Positions 40,410-50,274 are shown, counted from the stretch's first letter. The stretch is DNA of 64,000 nucleotides from Gammaproteobacteria bacterium (GCA_963694095.1 CAVOCG010000001.1:9663-73662); one strand, 5' to 3'. Notes: generated by a model from the sequence alone, not told the origin. Translations and numbers: made by a program.

Positions 40410-41417
40410 TCACGACTTTTCAGGGGGATTCATAAAAAGATCCCGCTGTGCGCGACGCCAAAAAAGTAAGCCGATCACCGCATTAAACAGGATGAAGAAA
40501 TTGTGCTGCACGAAGCCAAATGCTGCCATTTGCCCCTCATTTTCTGGAAACAGAATAACCCAGAATGTGATTGCTGCGGCTCGCATTGGAGTTGGCACTG
40601 TGGCAGCAAAAAAAATCACAGGTAAATAACCCAACAATAAAACAAAAGAAATTTCGATACCGAACAGGCGTAAAGCAATGGTATAAACCGCAACTGCAGA
40701 AATTAAAGCCGGTGAACGCAATAAAAAGAATGCACCATAATGCCATGGCCTAGCCAATTTGAAAGCATGCAGCAAGCGTCGGTTCCGAATTTGACTATCA
40801 GGTAATATTTTTCCCTGAAAGTAAAGTATCCATAAGCAGAGCACTAAAGCTGCGCCTGCCGCTATGTAAGGAATAAGGCCAAACACCTCAGGTAGCGTAT
40901 CGCGACTGAATACATAACCTATAGCGGCCCACACCAATAAATAGAACATTTCGCAAAACATGATAAACAACATCACCGAACCAACTTCCCAGCCAGGCAC
41001 CTGATCTCGCTTATTGAGATAATAAGCCATGGCACCTTTACCAATCTGCTCGTTGAAAATGGAAATTATATAAGCGCTAGCTCGGATGGGAAGAATATCC
41101 CGGTATCGAATTTTCTCGATAAACCAGTTAAGTGAACGAGTTACAACTAACGTATCAATGACAAAATAGAAACCTGAATATGCCATCATCAACAGTAACC
41201 AGGGAATCCATTGCACATTGGCGAAAACTTCAGTCATATAATCAGCAAGCGATAGCCCTTCTCTCATTGCCGCACCGTTCAAGCGATAATACAAATACGC
41301 AAAACACAGTGCGGTAAGAACCAGAAACATAAATCGTTGCAAAGCACTGGACTTGCGTGGAGCTTTTACCTCGTTGTTTTCTGATGCTGTGCTTTCTTCG
41401 GTTTCAGACTCATTCAT
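40410..41417 (-). CDS. Polytopic membrane protein, tentatively flippase-like / LPG-synthase-TM-like
   Basis: 335 aa, about 8 TM helices. The start ATG shares one base with the upstream TAA (TAATG). The family assignment is a guess from topology and context. Confidence 0.4.
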   Translation of the reverse strand: MNESETEESTASENNEVKAPRKSSALQRFMFLVLTALCFAYLYYRLNGAAMREGLSLADYMTEVFANVQWIPWLLLMMAYSGFYFVIDTLVVTRSLNWFIEKIRYRDILPIRASAYIISIFNEQIGKGAMAYYLNKRDQVPGWEVGSVMLFIMFCEMFYLLVWAAIGYVFSRDTLPEVFGLIPYIAAGAALVLCLWILYFQGKILPDSQIRNRRLLHAFKLARPWHYGAFFLLRSPALISAVAVYTIALRLFGIEISFVLLLGYLPVIFFAATVPTPMRAAAITFWVILFPENEGQMAAFGFVQHNFFILFNAVIGLLFWRRAQRDLFMNPPEKS

Positions 41418-42316
41418 TAGGACGGTTTCCGTACTGTTAATATTTTTTCCAATGTTTCTTTTAGGGGAGTCAGTGCAATACCAATATCAACATCTGCATT
41501 GCTCTGCACCACCTCATCCATCGTGATGACATCAATCACAGTCGGTGAAATCCCACCTCCTTTCAGTCGACTGCTAATTGCTGCAACTAATTTAGCACTC
41601 CAAATTGGTATAGTACCAATGACCACATCTTTTCCCAGTAACTTTGCAACTTGTCGGACTAGGTCGCAATAAGATATCGAGTCTGGGCCGGCCAACTCAT
41701 GCACCGCTACACCTTTAGCCTGGCGTTTGCAACTTTGCAGAATAGCCTTGCTCAAATCGTCAACATCAAGCGGACGCATAAAATAACGCCCTCCACCCAA
41801 AAGCTTGGCTCGAGATTTAGTTGCAGATCCAACCAGTGAGCGCGCTCCTGCTGTATTTGGCCCAAGTAAAATGGGTGTGCGAATGATTGTTGCTGAAATC
41901 TCGGACTCCTCCACGACTTTCTCCGCCAATGCCTTCGACCTGAAATAGGCATTTGGCGAATCAAGGCTGGCACCAACAACGCTTATAAAAACTAGGTGTT
42001 TTATTTCTGCTCTTCGGGCCGCGTTAACCACCGCCTCGGTTGCCGCTATATTGGAACTTGCATAAGTCGAGCCCTTTCCTTCGATAAGAATGCCAGCCAA
42101 GTGCACAATACAGGAAGCGCCAGTAAATAAATTAGCCATTTCATCAACATCTTGATAGGAAATTATGTTGGCATCAACCTGCGAGGCTACCGGCAGTGTC
42201 GCTAGAGCTCGGGCCGAGCGCACTGCGGGAATTATGCTGAGCTCACTCTCTCCAGAAACATGAGTCATCAAATTCAAACCAACGCTGCTGTTGGCACCAG
42301 TTACTGCTATCTTCAT
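41417..42316 (-). CDS. NAD(P)-binding SDR/NmrA-like oxidoreductase or epimerase
   Basis: 299 aa with an N-terminal Rossmann motif (MKIAVTGANSSVG). Confidence 0.7.
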   Translation of the reverse strand: MKIAVTGANSSVGLNLMTHVSGESELSIIPAVRSARALATLPVASQVDANIISYQDVDEMANLFTGASCIVHLAGILIEGKGSTYASSNIAATEAVVNAARRAEIKHLVFISVVGASLDSPNAYFRSKALAEKVVEESEISATIIRTPILLGPNTAGARSLVGSATKSRAKLLGGGRYFMRPLDVDDLSKAILQSCKRQAKGVAVHELAGPDSISYCDLVRQVAKLLGKDVVIGTIPIWSAKLVAAISSRLKGGGISPTVIDVITMDEVVQSNADVDIGIALTPLKETLEKILTVRKPS

Positions 42317-42436
42317 ATTTCAATACTTCCCGATTTCCTCGATCATGCCAGAGCAATTCGGTTTGCGTGCTAGTATAGGCAAACAATGCTAGAGCTCCGA
42401 CGCAAGCCACAGTTTTACTACAGCAGATCGATAGTT

Positions 42437-44917
42437 TTAGACTACTTGGGCAAGATTATTCAATCGTTTGTTGGTTTGCAACTTGCCTGCAGATGAGTTT
42501 TCAATTTCCGCAAGTCGCCCAGCACTGAATGCCGCATTACGACGTTCCTCAGATACATTTCCATACAGCGTGTTTCGCATTCGAGGCACTCTTCCCATAT
42601 TACGAATGGTTTCTTCAATTAACCCCGGAGACCATTCCTGTCCGTGGTCGGCACCAGCAGCCCGCGTAATGCTTTCATTCATTAAGGTTCCCCCTAAGTC
42701 ATTAGCACCAGAATTCAAACAGGCCTTAACTCCCTCAGCACCCATCTTTACCCAGGATGACTGGATATTAGAAATCAGCCCATGGAACACCAGACGCGCT
42801 ACAGCATGCATTAAGATTGCTTCCCGAAAGCTAGGGCCACGACGCGATCTACCCTTTAAATATAACGGGGCTTCCATGTGAACGTAAGGCAGTGGAACAA
42901 ATTCGGTAAACCCACCGGTTTGTTGTTGCAACTGCCTAACATGCAGTAAATGGCTAGCCCAGTGTTGTGGCGTATCAATATGCCCATACATAATAGTGGC
43001 GGTAGTATTAAACCCCACCTTGTGGGCTACCTCCATGACTTGCAACCATTCTGCCGTATTTAACTTGTCCGGACAGATTTGTTTGCGTACATCGTCATGT
43101 AAGATCTCAGCGGCAGTACCAGGCAATGTGTTCAGCCCCGCGCTCTGTAAGCGTTGCAGGAATTCCTCCAGCCCGATTCCCAGAGTGGCAGCCCCCTGCC
43201 AAACCTCCAGCGGTGAAAAGGCATGGATATGCATGTCGGGCACGGACTCGCGGACCGTATGTACTATGTCCAGATAAGTTTGGCCGGTGTAATCTGGGTG
43301 AATGCCCCCTTGCATACACACCTCTGTTGCACCTCGAGCCCAAGCCTCATTGCACCTTCTGGAAACTTCCTGTGCACTGATATCATAGGGTCGTCCACGC
43401 AAGTTCTCGCTGAATTTTCCTTTGGAAAAGGCGCAAAACTGACATTTAAAATAACAAACATTGGTGTAATTTATATTGCGATTAACTACGTAGCTAACCT
43501 CATCACCATTAACCTGTTGTCGAAGCAAGTCAGCCTGTTGGGTGATATAAGAAAAATCTGCACCCCGACTCTCGAATAATCGGGCAACTTCGTCCAGCTC
43601 GAGCGGAGCCTGCGCTACACATTTCTCTACAATTTTTCCAACATCCCTAGTTACTGATTCCTTCTTTGCCGGTTTATCTATCAGCCGAACCTCTGCGAGA
43701 GGAACCGCCTGAATTGCACCCGGAGTCCAGTCGTCTCGTCGAGCAAAGCCACTGCCGTCACTTTGGTTCAAAACTGAAAGTTGCACAGCAGAATCCAACC
43801 AGCGTTCGGGGTTAGCAGCAAATCGAGGGTAGATCGTCAGTCTTTGTTCCAGAAACTTGCCCGCGACCTGAGATTCGTTGGCTAATTTGTCCAAGTGTGG
43901 CCAAGGCGCTTCGGGATTCACATGGTCCGGTGTCAGCGGCGACACGCCGCCCCAGTCATTTATACCTGCAGCCACCAATTGCGGCAATACACCAGGACTA
44001 AGATTGGGTGGTGCCTGAATATTCATTTCGGCTCCAAAAATCAACCTTGTCACCGCGATTGTCCACAGCAAATCATTCAAATCCGGTTCCGGAGACTGGG
44101 CCATCTTGGTATTTTGTTTGGCACGGAAATTTTGCACGATGATTTCCTGAATGTGCCCATGACGCTCATGCAATGTACGCAGTAGCAATAGCGACTCGAT
44201 CCGCTCCTGTCTGGTCTCGCCAATTCCTATCAGAATTCCGGAGGTGAAAGGCACTGAAGCCTGACCTGCCAGATCAATGGTTTTTAACCGAATGGATGGT
44301 TTTTTATCGGGTGAGCCATAATGTGGCATACCCTTCTCACACAACCGCGATGAGGCAGATTCCAACATAATCCCCATGGAGGCACTGACTTTTCGAGCGG
44401 CGGCGATCTCATCACCCGTCATGCAGCCTGCATTTATATGAGGCAACAAGCTCGTTTCGGCCAATATTCTTCGCGCTACCTCGTTTACATAATCCAGTGT
44501 GGTGGCAAACCCTAAGTCATCCAGAGCCTGCCGTGACGCTTTATAACGCAGTTCGGGTTTTTCACCCAACGTGAGCAAGGCTTCCTGACATCCGGCTTCA
44601 GCACCCTGTAGGCAAAGCTCCAACACCTCCTCGATCTGCATGTACGGTTGGGGGAGCTTTTTCGGAGTTTGGGCAAAGGTGCAATAGTGGCAAACGTCAC
44701 GGCACAGATGCGTCAGAGGAATAAAAACTTTACGAGAATAAGTAATTATATTGCGATGATACTGATCACGCAGAGCGCCAGCAGCATCAACCAATGTCGC
44801 GGTGTCGTCACAATCAGCCAGAGCCAATGCCTGGTCTTCATTTAATCTGTCGCCCGAAAGCGATATGTCTTGCAAACCGTGTCTCTCAATAATGTGCTGA
44901 ATTGCGCGTATCCGCAA
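42437..44917 (-). CDS. fbiC: Bifunctional FO synthase (7,8-didemethyl-8-hydroxy-5-deazariboflavin synthase, CofG+CofH fused)
   Basis: 826 aa. Two radical-SAM halves with CRDVCHYC and CYFKCQFC clusters, matching FbiC length and architecture. TTG start. Confidence 0.82.
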   Translation of the reverse strand: MRIRAIQHIIERHGLQDISLSGDRLNEDQALALADCDDTATLVDAAGALRDQYHRNIITYSRKVFIPLTHLCRDVCHYCTFAQTPKKLPQPYMQIEEVLELCLQGAEAGCQEALLTLGEKPELRYKASRQALDDLGFATTLDYVNEVARRILAETSLLPHINAGCMTGDEIAAARKVSASMGIMLESASSRLCEKGMPHYGSPDKKPSIRLKTIDLAGQASVPFTSGILIGIGETRQERIESLLLLRTLHERHGHIQEIIVQNFRAKQNTKMAQSPEPDLNDLLWTIAVTRLIFGAEMNIQAPPNLSPGVLPQLVAAGINDWGGVSPLTPDHVNPEAPWPHLDKLANESQVAGKFLEQRLTIYPRFAANPERWLDSAVQLSVLNQSDGSGFARRDDWTPGAIQAVPLAEVRLIDKPAKKESVTRDVGKIVEKCVAQAPLELDEVARLFESRGADFSYITQQADLLRQQVNGDEVSYVVNRNINYTNVCYFKCQFCAFSKGKFSENLRGRPYDISAQEVSRRCNEAWARGATEVCMQGGIHPDYTGQTYLDIVHTVRESVPDMHIHAFSPLEVWQGAATLGIGLEEFLQRLQSAGLNTLPGTAAEILHDDVRKQICPDKLNTAEWLQVMEVAHKVGFNTTATIMYGHIDTPQHWASHLLHVRQLQQQTGGFTEFVPLPYVHMEAPLYLKGRSRRGPSFREAILMHAVARLVFHGLISNIQSSWVKMGAEGVKACLNSGANDLGGTLMNESITRAAGADHGQEWSPGLIEETIRNMGRVPRMRNTLYGNVSEERRNAAFSAGRLAEIENSSAGKLQTNKRLNNLAQVV

Positions 44918-45046
44918 CGGTAGTGGGTTTTAGGCTGAGAATCAACCAATACACATCGGAACTGCTTTCACTGATTGACTGGACTTTTGCCTATCAGATT
45001 CGTAACCTTCCAGATACCATCAATAAAAACAAAAATTGGAGGCAAT

Positions 45047-45856
45047 ATGATCTGGAATTTCAGGGTGTGGTTAAAGCTGGCCTTGTTATTAGAACTACTG
45101 GTCATTGGCCTATGGGGCTTCGCCGCATCCGCACAGGATGCAGGAAACCTTTACGATACGGCAGTCGATGTCCGCCTTGGTGAGCGTTATTTTCAGCGTC
45201 AATGTACCCGCTGCCATGGTGAAGACGCAAAAGGCAACGATGAGACTGGCGCACCTGATTTAACGGGGAGGCTTTCCCGGGCCAGCACCGTTGCAGGTAT
45301 TTATAGAATCCTGCGCGAGGGAATAGCTGGCACAGCGATGCTTCCCTTAAGCCCAGACACACCGGATCCAACTGTTTGGCAACTGGTAGCTTACGTCGAT
45401 TCACTAAGCACAGACCCTGCCAATATCAACCTGCCGGGCTCCGCTTCAAACGGTCAGACCCTTTATGCAAGTAAAGGTGGCTGTAGCACCTGCCACATGA
45501 TCCGTGGCAACGGTGGCAGACTCGGACCGGATCTAAGCCGGGTTGGCGAGCGTCGTGACCCAGATGAGTTAATGTCAGACATTGTCAGTCCGCATGAAGA
45601 AGTACTGCCGCGCTGGTGGACAGTCAAGGCGTTACTCGAGAATGGCTCCACGGTCGAAGGACTCAGAATGAATGAAGACACATTCACATTGCGGGTCATC
45701 GATCGAAATTCAGAATTGTGGTCATTACCCAAGAATCAAATAGCGTCCTTCGAGCGCATTCAGAGCTCGACCATGCCAAGCTACTTACAGACACTAGCCG
45801 AGAGCGAGTTAGACGACCTGGTTGCCTATCTCTTCTCTTTGCGAAAGGAGAATTAA
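45047..45856 (+). CDS. Exported di-haem c-type cytochrome
   Basis: ATG at 45047 lies 4 nt after a GGAGG SD. Has a signal peptide and two CxxCH sites (CTRCH, CSTCH). Confidence 0.8.
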   Translation: MIWNFRVWLKLALLLELLVIGLWGFAASAQDAGNLYDTAVDVRLGERYFQRQCTRCHGEDAKGNDETGAPDLTGRLSRASTVAGIYRILREGIAGTAMLPLSPDTPDPTVWQLVAYVDSLSTDPANINLPGSASNGQTLYASKGGCSTCHMIRGNGGRLGPDLSRVGERRDPDELMSDIVSPHEEVLPRWWTVKALLENGSTVEGLRMNEDTFTLRVIDRNSELWSLPKNQIASFERIQSSTMPSYLQTLAESELDDLVAYLFSLRKEN

Positions 45857-45858
45857 TC

Positions 45859-47493
45859 ATGCAACGCCTTGTGATTTTGTTTTTTGTATTCATGTCTTCG
45901 GTGCAGACTCTGGCGCAGGAAGAACCCTTTGCCACCGTCATAACTCCAGATTTTTCATCAGTGACCTGGGACCGATTGGTTAATTCAAACGACGAGCCTG
46001 AAAACTGGCTCATGTATTCCGGTTCGTTGAGCAGTCAGCGTTATAGTGCTCTCGATCAAATCAATACTGAAAATGTTAGCAATCTGGAATTCAAGTGGTC
46101 TTATCAAATACCGGTGATCGATAGAGCGGAAACAGTGCCACTGGTTGTCGATGGCATCATGTTTATTACTGAGGCTCCCAGCAATGTGGTAGCAGTTGAT
46201 GCGGTAACTGGACGCCAATACTGGCGCTATAACCACGATCTACCTGAAGATCTGCGCATTTGCTGTGGTCGCAACAACCGGGGCGTTGCCATACTGGGCG
46301 AGACCTTATTTATGAGTACACTTGATGCCCATTTGGTTGCGCTAGATGCCCGTACTGGCAATTTACTCTGGGACGTGGAAGTTGCTGATTACGCATCCGG
46401 ATACAGTAAAACCGCTGCACCGCTGATTGTCAAAGACACGGTGGTAACTGGTATTGCTGGTGGCGAATTTGGGATTCGCGGATTTATTGATGGCTACGAT
46501 CCAGAAACGGGTGACCGTAAGTGGCGCACCTATACCATAGCAGGACCAGACAATCCCGATGTGGCGAGCTGGGCAGGTGATTCATGGGAGACCGGTGGCG
46601 GCGCCAGTTGGATAACGGGTTCCTATGATCCCGAACTTAATTTGATTTATTGGGGCACTGGCAACCCAGGACCTGACTGGAACGGGGATGCGCGACTAGG
46701 TGACAATCTCTACTCGGATTCGGCACTGGCACTGAATGGCGATACCGGCGAGCTGGAATGGTACTTTCAGTTCACCCCACATGATGTGCATGATTGGGAC
46801 GCTATCCAGGTGCCAATTCTTGCTGATATCGAATATGAAGGCGAGATGCGCAAGGTAATAATGTGGGCTAATCGCAATGCGTTCTACTACACCCTGGACC
46901 GTGTAACCGGTGAATTCCTGGTAGGCAAACCCTATGCCACCCAAACTTGGGCACTGGGCCTGGATGCGAACGGCCGACCTATACGAGCGCCTAACACATT
47001 TCCAACCTATGAAGGGGTGGTCGTATCACCCTCGGTTGGCGGCGCTACCAATTGGTGGTCACCTGGTTATAGTCCAAAGTCTGGGTTGTTTTATGTCAAT
47101 GCCTTCGACGCAGAACAGCGGTACGTAAAACGTGATGAAGAGTATGAACGGGGTGAACGGTTCACCGGAGGCGGTGGTTCTTATACGCGCCCAATGGACA
47201 CTTATTACAGCGCCCTTCGGGCTATTGATCCAGCAACGGGCGACATAGCTTGGGAGTTTCCAGTGCAGCCTCGCTCATCTGCCGGTATCACCACCACGGC
47301 TGGTGACCTAATATTAAGCGGTAGCGTTGACGGGTATTTCTACGCACTTGATGCCAACACAGGCGATGAACTGTGGCATATCTCGCTGGGAAGAAGAGTG
47401 CATGCCGCGCCAATGACATATGCCGTAGATGGTAAACAGTACATGACGGTCGCTGCTGGCAATGTAGTTTACACATTTAGCTTGCGCGATTAG
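45859..47493 (+). CDS. PQQ-dependent dehydrogenase, methanol/ethanol (quinoprotein ADH) family
   Basis: ATG at 45859 follows an AAGGAG SD and lies 2 nt after the cytochrome stop. Has a signal peptide, the vicinal Cys-Cys (RICCGRNNRG), W-motif propeller repeats and HDWD. Confidence 0.85.
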   Translation: MQRLVILFFVFMSSVQTLAQEEPFATVITPDFSSVTWDRLVNSNDEPENWLMYSGSLSSQRYSALDQINTENVSNLEFKWSYQIPVIDRAETVPLVVDGIMFITEAPSNVVAVDAVTGRQYWRYNHDLPEDLRICCGRNNRGVAILGETLFMSTLDAHLVALDARTGNLLWDVEVADYASGYSKTAAPLIVKDTVVTGIAGGEFGIRGFIDGYDPETGDRKWRTYTIAGPDNPDVASWAGDSWETGGGASWITGSYDPELNLIYWGTGNPGPDWNGDARLGDNLYSDSALALNGDTGELEWYFQFTPHDVHDWDAIQVPILADIEYEGEMRKVIMWANRNAFYYTLDRVTGEFLVGKPYATQTWALGLDANGRPIRAPNTFPTYEGVVVSPSVGGATNWWSPGYSPKSGLFYVNAFDAEQRYVKRDEEYERGERFTGGGGSYTRPMDTYYSALRAIDPATGDIAWEFPVQPRSSAGITTTAGDLILSGSVDGYFYALDANTGDELWHISLGRRVHAAPMTYAVDGKQYMTVAAGNVVYTFSLRD

Positions 47494-47575
47494 TCTTTTT
47501 GGTTATGAAGGGTTAATGCTGCTACCGGGATTGGTTGCCGGGTGCAGCCCGCCGTTTGCGCTTTGAGAACGCTCA

Positions 47576-47610
47576 GATACACGCTAACTTGAGCGTGTAT
47601 CAATTTTCTT
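47576..47610 (+). terminator. Intrinsic terminator-like hairpin
   Basis: Perfect 10-bp stem GATACACGCT-aacttg-AGCGTGTATC followed by AATTTTCTT. Confidence 0.6.
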
Positions 47611-47819
47611 GGCAATGCAACGAATTGCAACCATTGCCATCTTATAATTTACATGTCGGCCCCACATGGCTAGACTCTGTATCCAATGGCGATAATCCTC
47701 CGTTTTATTGTGGGTATAGCCCTTGTAAGTAGTACAGTGCGCCAGAGAATGTTTACGAACGTAATATTACTGGAAAAATTAACGGAGTTATTCGCAATAA
47801 CATTTTGGAGACAACACCA

Positions 47820-48749
47820 ATGAACAAGATTCACAAAATACTCATTAACCTGGCTATGCTTCTGTTAGCCGTGGCAGTGCAGGCTCAGGACTCACCACCA
47901 TTATTATTGACGCTGGCACCCCCTGATGGTTTCGCTATAATTCCTGTCATGGAAGGCTGGACTGCCAATGAAGATGACACAGTATCCTATTCTTTTGGTG
48001 CGATAAATCGAGGTACCGAGGCCGCTGTGGATATTCCTGTGGGCGAGAGAAATTACATTGAACCAGCACGATTCAATGGCATGCAGCCAACCCATTTCCC
48101 ACCAGGTCATATAGTTGGAGTATTTACAGTAACTGTTCCTGCAAATATGACCGATGTAGACATTTGGTGGCATCTCATTTCAGAAGACGGAGAGGAGCTG
48201 AAAGTACCAGGGCGAAGCACTGCTGGCGCTTACGAACTCGACTTCATACTCCCTAGACCCCAGGGTTCCTTGCAGCCCCTGGCGGGTTTTGGCGAGAACG
48301 GCGACACTTCTGCTGGCCTGCTAGCCCGAGTGGAAGATTATCAGGGTTCAGTATCTGTGGGAGATCCCGTAACTTTGACGGCAAATGTTATTGATCGCTC
48401 AGATCGAGACCCTACTGATCCCCGTTTCGAAGAGCCATTGGACATTGGAGTGATGTGGTTTCACCACCAGGGTCCAGGTATGGTTGAATTCACCAGACAC
48501 GCATCAACCCCTGAGCCGGAAGAGGTGGATCTAGATTCACCCCGGGGCAGGCGTGCAGCCAGAAACCAGGGGCCTAATCGGGTGAACGTTGCTGGCCCAA
48601 GCGGCGTGGCAAACGTCACTGCTACCTTTTCAGCGCCAGGTGAGTATATCTTGCGCACCAGAGCGGATACCTTCGCAGGCTCGGATAGCTCGGAAGGCGA
48701 CCAGTGCTGTTGGAGTAATATTTATCAAAGAATAACTGTATCACCCTGA
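47820..48749 (+). CDS. Exported protein of unknown function
   Basis: ATG at 47820 with a GGAG SD. Has a signal peptide (LLLAVAVQAQ) and no recognised motifs. Confidence 0.6.
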   Translation: MNKIHKILINLAMLLLAVAVQAQDSPPLLLTLAPPDGFAIIPVMEGWTANEDDTVSYSFGAINRGTEAAVDIPVGERNYIEPARFNGMQPTHFPPGHIVGVFTVTVPANMTDVDIWWHLISEDGEELKVPGRSTAGAYELDFILPRPQGSLQPLAGFGENGDTSAGLLARVEDYQGSVSVGDPVTLTANVIDRSDRDPTDPRFEEPLDIGVMWFHHQGPGMVEFTRHASTPEPEEVDLDSPRGRRAARNQGPNRVNVAGPSGVANVTATFSAPGEYILRTRADTFAGSDSSEGDQCCWSNIYQRITVSP

Positions 48750-48922
48750 TTTTACTTGCTTTGGTCGGTACAATCCCGGCCAATTTAGGGTAATGCGCTC
48801 TTATATAGTTGCAATTTGTTACAAGAAAGTGGCTATATTTAGCATAAATGGTGGACTTTTAAAGCAGGCACACTTATCCTTTTAGATGTAACAGGTGATA
48901 ATTTAATTATAAGGGGAACAGC

Positions 48923-50251
48923 ATGAGAATAATGCAAAAGACAAGCTTGCTGACTAGCGCCGCAGTAATGGTGTTTGGGCTTCAAGCACAGGCACAGGAA
49001 CAGATTACTTACGCTGATCATGTCGCCCAGATTATCACAGACAACTGTGTTGTCTGTCATCAGGAAGGTGGAATCGGCCCTATGCAATTCACCAGCTATG
49101 AGCAGGTGCGTCCTTGGGCTCCTCTTATTCAGATGAAAGTCGCAAATCGGGAAATGCCTCCCTATGCATACGACCACGGCATTGGCATCCAGGACCTGCA
49201 AGGCGACTGGCGCTTAGCACAGGAAGATATCGATACTATCGTAAACTGGGTAAGCCAGGGTGCGCCTCTTGGCGATTGGGGTGATAGATCACATCCTATA
49301 GCTGATGTTAGGGACCCTAATGAGTGGAATTTCACCGAAGATTACGGCAAACCTGATCTCGTTGTTGCGTCAACTCCTATAGACATCCCTGCTAATGGCA
49401 ATGACATGTGGCACTCGCCCTACAATCAAATCGATAATCCTTCAGATCGCTGCATCCAGGCGATGCAGGTTAAGCCACAAGCCCAGTCTAAAGCGGTGGT
49501 ACACCACGCCAACACTTCCGTCGAAGTACTAAATGAAGATGGAGAGTATGAGCGCCATAGCCAGTTGAATGAGTATGCCATGGGCAAATGGGGTGAAGTC
49601 ATCCCCGAAGGCGTATGTCGCACTTTGCCTAAAGATTCACGCGTCAAGTGGACTATACATCTATTTCCTGGTGGCGTTGGACCAACAGCAGAGGGTCAGA
49701 TAATTGAGAATAATGTAGTCGAGCTCGGGCTCTGGCTCCATGACGAGGGCTATGAGACGGTGGCTCCTTACAAGCAAGACCTAGCATCGTATGGGATTAG
49801 AGAAGGCTATGTAGGCGGAGAGTTGATCATACCTCCTCATGGCACCATCATGACACAGGGGTTTCATTCTTTTGACCACCCAATTCGATTAGACAGCTTC
49901 CAGCCACATGGCCACCTGCGTATGAATGCGGCTTCACTGGAAATTTTCTATCCGAAAACTGGTCGAACTGAAGCGATCAGCCAGGTTTCAAAGTGGAGTG
50001 CTACTTGGCATCACAGCCACTTGTATGAGCCTGAATCAGCGCCGTTGTTGCCAGCTGGTGCGGTACTGGTGATCAAGCAGTGGTATGACAATACAGCCAA
50101 TAACCCCAACAACCCTGATCCTGATCAATGGGTCTTTGGGGGCAGTCGCACAGGTGATGAAATGTCACACGCTTGGTTAGCTATCACTCACCTTGACGAT
50201 GAAGGCTATGAAGCACTTCTCTCAGAGCGTGAAGCGACTGACGCAGACTAG
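48923..50251 (+). CDS. Exported haem-c / PHM-DBH-like copper monooxygenase fusion protein (short form, no Trx domain)
   Basis: 442 aa. CVVCHQEGGIGPMQF...REMPP, then VVHHAN, IHLFPGG, PHGHLRM, GDEMSH. Confidence 0.7.
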   Translation: MRIMQKTSLLTSAAVMVFGLQAQAQEQITYADHVAQIITDNCVVCHQEGGIGPMQFTSYEQVRPWAPLIQMKVANREMPPYAYDHGIGIQDLQGDWRLAQEDIDTIVNWVSQGAPLGDWGDRSHPIADVRDPNEWNFTEDYGKPDLVVASTPIDIPANGNDMWHSPYNQIDNPSDRCIQAMQVKPQAQSKAVVHHANTSVEVLNEDGEYERHSQLNEYAMGKWGEVIPEGVCRTLPKDSRVKWTIHLFPGGVGPTAEGQIIENNVVELGLWLHDEGYETVAPYKQDLASYGIREGYVGGELIIPPHGTIMTQGFHSFDHPIRLDSFQPHGHLRMNAASLEIFYPKTGRTEAISQVSKWSATWHHSHLYEPESAPLLPAGAVLVIKQWYDNTANNPNNPDPDQWVFGGSRTGDEMSHAWLAITHLDDEGYEALLSEREATDAD

Positions 50252-50274
50252 TTAGTCTGGAGATTCGGTAAGTT

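Noticed and set aside
45718-45858. Upstream 47-codon extension of the PQQ-ADH ORF in the ORF track.
   Set aside because: It overlaps the 3' end of the di-haem cytochrome gene in another frame. An ATG with an AAGGAG SD at 45859 starts a proper signal peptide.
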